Positions 6,013 to 12,366 of a stretch of DNA of 12,930 bases are shown piece by piece (within the stretch, counting starts at the first letter, position 1; each line of letters opens with the position of its first letter). A model generated the notes under the pieces. The model had not been told where the DNA came from. It did no database searches and was given only the letters and a program-made list of their open reading frames with translations. Source of the DNA: a virus (Duplodnaviria; Heunggongvirae; Uroviricota; Caudoviricetes); the IMG/VR virus record IMGVR_UViG_3300020061_000005; one strand, 5' to 3'. Position numbers and translations under genes: made by a program.

Positions 6013-6374
6013 GCCGCATCCCACATCCCGATGAGCTGCAGTGCTGGCGATCGGATTTCAAACAGCGCTACAAGCGAGCGCACACGCCGCCTGCCGAGCT
6101 GATCATTCCGACGAATGACTTCCAGGATGACCGGCCAGAGTTCGATAGCCCTGAAGCAGCGAAGACGTGGGTCGAGGGCCAGGAGGCCGCCACCTTCCGC
6201 TTCAGTAAAGGCATGGATTCATTCGGCGCTTCAGCGCACGCCAGGGGTGAAGGCTTCGCGCGTGGTTGGGATCACCATCCCGCCGACGCCAACCCGCACC
6301 CCGATGGTACCGATGAGTTCTACTCGTGGTACGCGGGTTGGTTGCAGGGCCAGCACCGGTTGCCAGGCCGATGA
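6009..6374 (+). CDS. Protein with C-terminal ribosome modulation factor (Rmf)-like domain (121 aa)
   Basis: EGFARGWD-HHPADA-NPH...SWYAGWLQG aligns by eye to E. coli RMF RGYQAGIA-GRSKEM-CPY...QWLGGWREA (G-aromatic-x-x-G, xP-aromatic, W-x-x-G-W). Confidence 0.6.
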   Translation: MSRIPHPDELQCWRSDFKQRYKRAHTPPAELIIPTNDFQDDRPEFDSPEAAKTWVEGQEAATFRFSKGMDSFGASAHARGEGFARGWDHHPADANPHPDGTDEFYSWYAGWLQGQHRLPGR

Positions 6375-6586
6375 TCGAGCCCGCTGCAGCCATCCATAAA
6401 TGGCGCACGCTTGCCGAAGAGCGCCGCCAGGACATGCTGGAGAAGATCGCCAACGCACTGCCAGAGCGCACCTACCTGGTCAATTGTGGCGCACTCAAAG
6501 AGCTGGATTTCCAGATCGCGCTGATGCACAACATACTCACCGGTAAAACCGAGAAAGGGGACGAGGATGGCGACGACAAAGATTGA
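6371..6586 (+). CDS. Small helical protein preceding GroES (71 aa)
   Basis: ATGA-coupled start at 6371 within track ORF 6326..6586; helical hairpin-like sequence with an acidic tail; its position directly before groES resembles related phages as I recall them. Confidence 0.7.
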   Translation: MIEPAAAIHKWRTLAEERRQDMLEKIANALPERTYLVNCGALKELDFQIALMHNILTGKTEKGDEDGDDKD

Positions 6587-7022
6587 TATCGATCAGCCGG
6601 CACGCCAGGCGGCGCAACAGAAGAACTTCGATCGAGTGCGCGAACAGCTGTATCCGAAGCTGCCGCTGCAGCCGGCCTTCTGGTCGGTGCTGCTCGAACC
6701 CCTGGAGCCAAAGGAAACCTCCGTTGGTGGCATTGTGCTGGCCAAGCCAACGCAGGATGCTCAGAAGATCCTCACCACCATTGGCCGCATCCTCGCGATC
6801 GGCTCGCTCGCCTTCACCGGCAAGACTGCTTCGGGGTTGAGCCTGTCGGATGAAAAGCTGAAGTTCGCAGTCGGGGATCACGTGCTGTATCAACGCTACA
6901 CCGGCCAGGAGTTGTACTTGTACAGTAAGGGCCAGGAGGAAGATCGGCGGCTGGTGATGATCACCGACTCCGAGATCTTGGGCTTGGTGAGCGATCCGAG
7001 CGCGTTCCGGATTTATGTATAG
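6567..7022 (+). CDS. groES: Phage co-chaperonin GroES-like protein (151 aa)
   Basis: LQPAFWSVLLEP, mobile loop ETSVGGIVL, GRILAIG, VGDHVLYQRYTG and ITDSEILG follow the Cpn10 pattern; GAGG RBS; N-terminal and internal extensions relative to the ~97-aa bacterial GroES. Confidence 0.9.
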   Translation: MATTKIDIDQPARQAAQQKNFDRVREQLYPKLPLQPAFWSVLLEPLEPKETSVGGIVLAKPTQDAQKILTTIGRILAIGSLAFTGKTASGLSLSDEKLKFAVGDHVLYQRYTGQELYLYSKGQEEDRRLVMITDSEILGLVSDPSAFRIYV

Positions 7023-7203
7023 CCCACCTGAAGCATTTTCACCCTTCATCCCGCGCGACCTTGCGCCTGGTGAGTTCCAGATGTTTTGCGGTAAATGCGG
7101 GTGGCGCGCACCGCGCAATGCGGTGTGTGTGAATGAATGCGGTGGCTGCGGTAAGTGGGGACTGCTGATCGCGAGCGAACGCAAGTGTTCGAAACCATCG
7201 TAG
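7015..7203 (+). CDS. Small zinc-ribbon protein (62 aa)
   Basis: CGKCG...CVNECGGCG Cys pairs; start overlaps the end of groES. Confidence 0.65.
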   Translation: MYSPPEAFSPFIPRDLAPGEFQMFCGKCGWRAPRNAVCVNECGGCGKWGLLIASERKCSKPS

Positions 7204-7373
7204 ATGTATTGCGCGTCCTATGGCAGCAGTGGTGGTGCGAGCACTATGATCTGACCATCGAGCGGCGCCCCCACCACGGCCGCGCGCATGTCCTGGTGAC
7301 CAAGCGGTGTCCGCACTGCCAATGGCACGATCAATTCGTGGTGAGTCTGGATACGGGGAGAATCTACCGATGA
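7185..7373 (+). CDS. Small putative Zn-binding protein (~62 aa)
   Basis: WCEH...CPHCQWH; likely GTG start at 7185 within track ORF 7155..7373 (start uncertain); ATGA overlap with the next gene. Confidence 0.55.
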   Translation: MFETIVDVLRVLWQQWWCEHYDLTIERRPHHGRAHVLVTKRCPHCQWHDQFVVSLDTGRIYR

Positions 7374-7696
7374 GCGATGCGAACCAAGTGCCTTACACCG
7401 ACGAAGAGACAGCTCTGTTGAACGAGCACACCGCGCTGTGCCATGCGATGCAATCCGGCGTGGCGATGGAAATGAACTACCCGGAGCGCGCGAGTGCTAC
7501 TGAACCCAAGCACCTGCGCGTGGGCGTCAATGTCGCGATGACCGATCATGCCGCCCTGGTGGCGTTGCTGATAGCCAAGGGCTTGATCACCAGGCTGGAA
7601 TACCTCACCGCGATCCGCGACATGATGAAGCTCGAAGTGAAGCGCTACGAAGCCAGCATCTCCGCGCGCAACGGCACCAACATCACCCTGGGCTAG
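7370..7696 (+). CDS. Conserved phage hypothetical protein (108 aa; HAMQSGVA...PKHLRVGVN type)
   Basis: ATGA-coupled start; HAMQSGVA, PKHLRVGVNVAM and LLIAKGLITRLEY motifs recalled from phage ORFs. Confidence 0.8.
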   Translation: MSDANQVPYTDEETALLNEHTALCHAMQSGVAMEMNYPERASATEPKHLRVGVNVAMTDHAALVALLIAKGLITRLEYLTAIRDMMKLEVKRYEASISARNGTNITLG

Positions 7697-7845
7697 TGCA
7701 GCGCCAGGTAGTTGCCGCCGACCAGTAGCGCGAGCACCCAGCACGCCAACCCTAGTGCAATGAGGTTGATCTTGGTCGGAATGGGGAACATCGCCAGCAC
7801 GAAGGACACAAAGGCGATGACCAGAAGCAGCAGTGAAATGGACAT
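7693..7845 (-). CDS. Small two-helix membrane protein (50 aa), the only credible minus-strand gene
   Basis: Strong AAGGAG RBS 6 nt before the ATG (complement of 7843-7845). MSISLLLLVIAFVSFVLAMF-PIPTKIN-LIALGLACWVLALLVGGNYLALH. Its stop shares the CTAG at 7693-7696 with the convergent gene. Confidence 0.8.
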   Translation of the reverse strand: MSISLLLLVIAFVSFVLAMFPIPTKINLIALGLACWVLALLVGGNYLALH

Positions 7846-7902
7846 GGAAGTCTCCTTGTAGCTGCCTGCCCAACGCGCATCGGACCATTCAAGGTCCGCC
7901 AT

Positions 7903-7924
7903 ACTTGAACCCGCAGCTAAGTAA
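7903..7924 (+). promoter_or_regulatory. Conserved bipartite motif ACTTGAA-N3-GCAGCTAAGTAA, copy 2 (putative late promoter/activator site)
   Basis: Near-identical to 1411-1432; intergenic, ends 57 nt before the scaffold start. Confidence 0.6.
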
Positions 7925-7981
7925 CGTCCTCATACTTTGCGGATATCGTCACGCGCATTCCCAGCTCGATCTGGAGTGCGT

Positions 7982-9013
7982 GTGCCAAGCCCAAACGATA
8001 ATCCTGCTAACCGGAAGTGGACTCCTCCGGATGAGCAGCGTCCCGCGGTTGATGTGAATCTGGACGAAAAGGACGCCTCCAAAGCCATCGCGCGTCATTC
8101 GCAGGAAGCAGCCCATCTGCCTGAGTCGGAAGATGACACGGCAGAGGATCGATTCCTGAACCGCTCGCGCGCTGTCAAAAAGCGCATTGCACGGATTCAG
8201 CGGCAGTTCGATCAGCGCCTGGCCGACCAGGATGCGGAGCGCCAGCGAGAGATCGCCTCACTGCGTGAGGAGGTCAACGGCCTCAAGACACGCAAGACCG
8301 AAGCTCCCGCGGTGGATGAGGCAGCTCACGAGCGCGCCATCGCTGCGTTGCAATCCGACCTGGCCGCCGCCCACGAGGCTGGTGAGTCGAAGAAGGTTGC
8401 CGAGCTGACGGCCAAGATCAATCGCCTGGAGGGCGAGTATTGGCACAAGAAAACGGTGGCGCAGTTGGGCAACCAAACGCCAGCGGAACCAGCGAAGACG
8501 CCGGCACGCCAGGAGCAGCGCCCCGCAGCACGGCAGAACGCCGCCGATGGTGCGACCGCCGAGGCGAAGCGCTGGATGCGCGCGAATGAGGACTGGTGGG
8601 AGGACCCTGAGTTTGCAGGTGAGAAGGCGTACGCGAATGCGACCTTCACCAAGCTGGTTCAGGAAGAGGACATGGACGCCGATGATCCGGAGACCTATGC
8701 CGAGCTGGGCAAGCGGGTGGCGAAGAAGTTCAAGGACATCGAGGTCATCGACCCAGACGCCAAGCGAGCCAAGAAGCGCAAGGCGAAGGAAGTCGATGAG
8801 GATGATGAGGATGAGGAGCTGGAGCCGCGCAATCGGCGCCAGGCACCGGTGATGCAGGTTGATCGTGGCAACACGCCATCCGTCCGCAGGGGACGCAGCG
8901 TGACGCTCACGGCCAGCGATGTGCAGAACATGAAGCAGTTCGGCCTTGATCCGTCGAACGACAAGCATGTGCAGCGCTACGCGGCCGAAGTCCAAGCGAC
9001 CAACGAGGCATGA
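7982..9013 (+). CDS. Capsid scaffolding protein (343 aa)
   Basis: GGAG at 7973-7976 then GTG 7982. Charged coiled-coil (SRAVKKRIARIQRQF...), central W...N.DWW motif, acidic run, and a C-terminal VTLTASDVQNMKQFGLDP...YAAEV coat-binding-like helix; lies upstream of the capsid genes. Confidence 0.8.
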   Translation: MPSPNDNPANRKWTPPDEQRPAVDVNLDEKDASKAIARHSQEAAHLPESEDDTAEDRFLNRSRAVKKRIARIQRQFDQRLADQDAERQREIASLREEVNGLKTRKTEAPAVDEAAHERAIAALQSDLAAAHEAGESKKVAELTAKINRLEGEYWHKKTVAQLGNQTPAEPAKTPARQEQRPAARQNAADGATAEAKRWMRANEDWWEDPEFAGEKAYANATFTKLVQEEDMDADDPETYAELGKRVAKKFKDIEVIDPDAKRAKKRKAKEVDEDDEDEELEPRNRRQAPVMQVDRGNTPSVRRGRSVTLTASDVQNMKQFGLDPSNDKHVQRYAAEVQATNEA

Positions 9014-9648
9014 AACCGATGAAAGCAGATGACGTTGTTGGCGCGGGCGCAACCCGCGAGCAAGCGAAGCCAGAACTCGCACGCCAGGCGCGACAGCGCC
9101 GCGGCAAACGTGCGGATGGCGATGTTCACAAGGTGAGCCACACGGTTCACACATCCCGCTTACAGGAAGCGGCCGAGCGCACAGAGGTGGTTCAGCCGGT
9201 GACTAAGAAGCGGTGGCAGCGAGCGACGGCATTGCCGGCGATGGTGGCTCCTGAAGGTTGGCGCCTGAAGTGGGTGCGAATCGATGGCCAGCATCGCGGT
9301 GATCAGTCGAACCTGGTTCGGCATATTCAGGAAGGATGGGAATTCGCGGCAGTCTCTGACTTTCCGCGAAAAGCACTCCCGACCCATCGCCTGACCAACC
9401 ACGGAGAAGTGATCGGGAACGTGGACACAGTGCTCCTGAAAATGGAGGTGGAGCTGGTCCAGCAACGCAACGACTTCTACAACAGCAGGCGGGACGTTGC
9501 GACGCGCGCGATCAACGAAGAGACGGGTCTGACCGAAGCCCTTCATCCAGCGATGCCGCTGGTCGAGGACATCAACCGGAGCCGGGTCAAGTTCCAGCGT
9601 ATGCGTCGCAAGCAGCGTGATGCGGTTGGAGTCGCTGACGACGATTAA
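9010..9648 (+). CDS. Conserved head-module protein between scaffold and capsid (212 aa), function unknown
   Basis: ATGA-coupled start; W..A.ALP...APEGWRLKWVR...D.SN...EGWEF...G.VIG...VLLKM..E....RNDFY pattern recalled from this phage group. Confidence 0.75.
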   Translation: MKPMKADDVVGAGATREQAKPELARQARQRRGKRADGDVHKVSHTVHTSRLQEAAERTEVVQPVTKKRWQRATALPAMVAPEGWRLKWVRIDGQHRGDQSNLVRHIQEGWEFAAVSDFPRKALPTHRLTNHGEVIGNVDTVLLKMEVELVQQRNDFYNSRRDVATRAINEETGLTEALHPAMPLVEDINRSRVKFQRMRRKQRDAVGVADDD

Positions 9649-9674
9649 CCGATCTTCTTGCGAGGTAGCCAATC

Positions 9675-10244
9675 ATGGCAAACGTAAATGCTCCCTCGGG
9701 CTTTACTGCCAACAAACACGCCACGGGTGGCGTGATTCGCACGGCTGAGTATCAGATCGTCGGTGGCCTGGCTTCGAACATCTATCGAGGCTCCCTGGTC
9801 ATCCCGGTCAACACGAACAAGCGCATCAACGTGGCAGCGGCCACCAACCGAGTGATCGGTGTGTTCGAGGGATGCGAGTACGTGGATACCAACGGAGATG
9901 TGCAGTTTCGTCCGCGCTGGGCCACCGCGACCGCCATTAAAACCGGCACCGTCGTGAAGGCTCATGTCTACGATGACCCGTTCGTCCTGTTCGCAGTCCA
10001 GGTTTCCACAGCCACCGGCCTGGTAGCCGCTGATGTGGGCGCCTTCGCCGATGTGGTGATCGGCTCTGGTGGTGCACTCACTGGCCAATCGGGCGACATG
10101 CTCGATCAGACCACGATCGGCACCGGCACCGTCCTGCGCATCGAAGAGCTGCAGCAGATCCAGGGCAACGACTACGGGCAATACGCCAAGGCACTGGTGC
10201 GACTCGCGCTCCATTACCTCGGCCCCGCCCTGACTGCGATTTAA
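9675..10244 (+). CDS. Putative capsid cement/decoration protein (189 aa)
   Basis: GAGGT RBS; MANVNAPSGF...NIYRGSLV...IGVFEGCEY...VYDDP..LFAVQ pattern; beta-rich; immediately upstream of the major capsid gene. Confidence 0.7.
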   Translation: MANVNAPSGFTANKHATGGVIRTAEYQIVGGLASNIYRGSLVIPVNTNKRINVAAATNRVIGVFEGCEYVDTNGDVQFRPRWATATAIKTGTVVKAHVYDDPFVLFAVQVSTATGLVAADVGAFADVVIGSGGALTGQSGDMLDQTTIGTGTVLRIEELQQIQGNDYGQYAKALVRLALHYLGPALTAI

Positions 10245-10256
10245 GGAGCGCGCGTC

Positions 10257-11165
10257 ATGACAATCTTTCGTAGTGACCAACGCAAACAGCTCCAACAGGG
10301 TCTGAATGCGATCTTCGGCCTCACCTATACGGAGTGGCCGGAACTGTGGCGGGACATTTTCACCGTCGAGAACTCGGAAAAAGCGTACGAGGAAGAGGTG
10401 ATGCAGTCCGGCTTGGGTGCCGCGTCTGTGAAGCCTGAAGGCGCTGGCGTCGAATACGACGATATGTACGAGACGTACGTCGCTCGCTACCAGCACGACA
10501 CCATTGCGAAGGCAGTGGCAATCACCGAGGAAGCGGTCGAGGACAACCTGTATGCATCGGTTGGCCAGCGCATTGCAAAGGCGCTTGCTCGCTCGATGAA
10601 GTTCACCAAGGAGCTGCGCGCGGCCAACGTGCTCAACTTCGGGTTCGATTCGAACTTCTCGGGTGGCGATGGTGTGCAGCTGTTCTCTACGGCTCACCCC
10701 CTGGGTGGTGGCGGCACGTTGCCCAACACGCTGGTAACCCCAGCGGATCTCTCGGAGTCCTCACTGGAAGAGGCGGCCATTCAGATCGCTGACTGGACGG
10801 ATGAACGCGGCATCCCGGTGCGGGCCATGATCAAGAAGATGATCATCCCCACGGCGCTGCAGTTCGTGGCTGCGCGGCTCCTGATGACGCCGTATCAGCC
10901 GGACACCGGGGACAACAACATCAACGCGCTGTTCAAACTCGGCACGATCGAGAACGGGTTCTCCGTGAATCGCTACCTGAGCGACCCGGACGCCTGGTTC
11001 TTGAAGACCGACGTCGACAACGGCTTGAAGCACTTCGTTCGCCGGCCGCTGAAGAAGGGGCTGGAGGGCGACTTCGAGACGGGTAATTTGCGGTACAAGG
11101 TCAGTGAGCGTTATTCGCAAGGCTGGTCAGATCCGCGTGGCGCCTGGGCTTCCCCTGGAGCCTGA
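10257..11165 (+). CDS. Major capsid protein (302 aa, HK97-fold expected)
   Basis: AAGGAG RBS. QLQQGLNAIFGLTY, SEKAYEEEV..SGLG.A.VKPEG..V.YD, RYQHDTIA...ITEEAVEDNLY, ALARSM..TKE..AANVLN and DFETGNLRYKVSERYS.GWSDPRG match a well-known podovirus-like MCP family. Confidence 0.93.
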   Translation: MTIFRSDQRKQLQQGLNAIFGLTYTEWPELWRDIFTVENSEKAYEEEVMQSGLGAASVKPEGAGVEYDDMYETYVARYQHDTIAKAVAITEEAVEDNLYASVGQRIAKALARSMKFTKELRAANVLNFGFDSNFSGGDGVQLFSTAHPLGGGGTLPNTLVTPADLSESSLEEAAIQIADWTDERGIPVRAMIKKMIIPTALQFVAARLLMTPYQPDTGDNNINALFKLGTIENGFSVNRYLSDPDAWFLKTDVDNGLKHFVRRPLKKGLEGDFETGNLRYKVSERYSQGWSDPRGAWASPGA

Positions 11166-11174
11166 TGAGACTAC

Positions 11175-11202
11175 GGCGCAGCTGTCACTCGGCTGCGCCT
11201 TT
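11175..11202 (+). terminator. Rho-independent terminator-like hairpin after the capsid gene
   Basis: GGCGCAGCTG-TCACT-CGGCTGCGCC (10 bp including one G-U) followed by TTT; the short U-tract suggests it is leaky. Confidence 0.6.
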
Positions 11203-11252
11203 CCCACCTGACATTGACCTGAACGCCCGATAAGGGCTGCGAGGAGCGGTTC

Positions 11253-11936
11253 ATGAGTCGTCAACTACTTTCCCAAGCGGCGCAGATCTTCTATGGCATG
11301 GTGCGCTATGGCCGTGCTTTCCAGGGCAAGCCTGGTGTGCAGATCACGCCTGAACTTCGTTGGCACAGCTACGGTGCCATCGTCCTGGCCGATGCGGACG
11401 GCATCTCCCTCTCGCAATCCGTCGGCGCTGCCGGCCTGGCGCTGATCAACGGTGCCTTCGCGGTTGGCGGTGTCGCCACCTTCGATGTCCCGCGCAATGT
11501 CGTGGGCGCCTGGACCACCAACTCGATCATCACGATCGTTGGCACGGACCAGTGGGGGTCGCTCATGTCGGAGGTCGGCGCCTCGGCTGCCACCTTCACT
11601 GGTAAGAAAGCCTTTAAGACCATCATCTCGATCACCAGCTCCGCCTCGATCACCGGTGCCACCTTCGGCTCGGGTGTGGTTATCGGTCTGCCCTACCGGG
11701 TCGATGAGAACGGCTACCTTCTTGGCAAGGTGGATGGCGCGACCGATGTTGGAACCTTCGTGGAAGCGATCACGGCTGCAGCCACCGGCACCACCGGTGA
11801 CACGCGCGGCACGATCACCTTCACCTCCGCGCCCGACACCACGAAGCTCTATGCGGTGCTGATCAAGATCGCTGATCCCTCGACGAAAGAAGGCGCGTAC
11901 GGCGTGAAGCAGTTCGGCAGCACGGACTCGGCTTAA
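11253..11936 (+). CDS. Virion structural protein (227 aa), Gly/Ala/Thr-rich beta protein
   Basis: GAGGAG RBS; ADADGIS.SQ...LING...A.FDVPRNV...TI.GTD.WG...E...GKKAFKTI.SIT pattern typical of capsid-adjacent structural proteins. Confidence 0.75.
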   Translation: MSRQLLSQAAQIFYGMVRYGRAFQGKPGVQITPELRWHSYGAIVLADADGISLSQSVGAAGLALINGAFAVGGVATFDVPRNVVGAWTTNSIITIVGTDQWGSLMSEVGASAATFTGKKAFKTIISITSSASITGATFGSGVVIGLPYRVDENGYLLGKVDGATDVGTFVEAITAAATGTTGDTRGTITFTSAPDTTKLYAVLIKIADPSTKEGAYGVKQFGSTDSA

Positions 11937-11945
11937 CGGTTCTGG

Positions 11946-12022
11946 TGCAGGGTAGAGCAGCCTGGCAGCTCGTTTGTCTCATACGCAAAAGGTCGCGGGT
12001 TCGAATCCCGCCCCTGCTACCA
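11946..12022 (+). tRNA. tRNA-Met(CAT), initiator (fMet)-like body with atypical anticodon stem; CCA encoded
   Basis: Full cloverleaf: acceptor TGCAGGG/CCCTGCT with U1xU72 mismatch, D-stem GAGC/GCTC, anticodon stem TTTGT/GCAAA, loop CTCATAC, T-arm GCGGG-TTCGAAT-CCCGC, A73-CCA. Confidence 0.95.
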
Positions 12023-12039
12023 CTTGGAGTGAATGAGTA

Positions 12040-12363
12040 ATGCGCCCACAAGTGATTTCTCAGACGGGGGCGGGGACCAGCAACCCGATCGTCATGGACT
12101 ACATCCGCAACCCCTTCACGGTGTCGCTCGCCGTGGATGTGACCGGCACGGTGTCCTTCTCGATCCAGCACTCTTACGACAATCCGGAATTGGGTGTCGC
12201 TAACATGGCCTGGCGCTCGAAGACCGCGCTGACCACGCAGATCGCCGCGCTCGAAGACAGTTTTACCGGCACTCCCATCCGCGCCATCCGCATTGTTCAG
12301 GCGTCAGGCTCGGGCACCACGAAGCTCACGGTTATCCAGTCCGGCCACGGACCTGGGGGATGA
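12040..12363 (+). CDS. Small beta-sandwich virion structural protein (107 aa)
   Basis: GGAG upstream; MRP.VIS.TG.GTS.PI.MDY..NPF.VSL.V.VTGT..FSIQHSYD...W...PIRAIRI pattern recalled from structural modules of related phages. Confidence 0.75.
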   Translation: MRPQVISQTGAGTSNPIVMDYIRNPFTVSLAVDVTGTVSFSIQHSYDNPELGVANMAWRSKTALTTQIAALEDSFTGTPIRAIRIVQASGSGTTKLTVIQSGHGPGG

Positions 12364-12366
12364 GTC

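Noticed and set aside
7937-7981. TTG start for the scaffold given in the ORF track
   Set aside because: No RBS, and it would begin just after the putative promoter motif; GTG 7982 has a well-spaced GGAG.
11162-11169. CTGATGAG resembling a hammerhead ribozyme core
   Set aside because: No matching GAAA strand or three-way junction nearby; it is simply the tandem TGA TGA stop of the capsid gene.
11163-11255. Possible stop read-through or Sec insertion fusing the capsid protein to the in-frame 227-aa gene
   Set aside because: Three in-frame TGA codons (11163, 11166, 11220) intervene, there is no slippery heptamer, the hairpin looks like a terminator, and the downstream gene has its own GAGGAG RBS.
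11946-12022. Calling the CAT tRNA a tRNA-Ile2 (lysidine)
   Set aside because: The acceptor stem has A4-U69/G5-C68 and a 1x72 mismatch, and the D-arm is fMet-like; TilS substrates typically have C4-G69/C5-G68. Not fully excluded without a covariance-model score.
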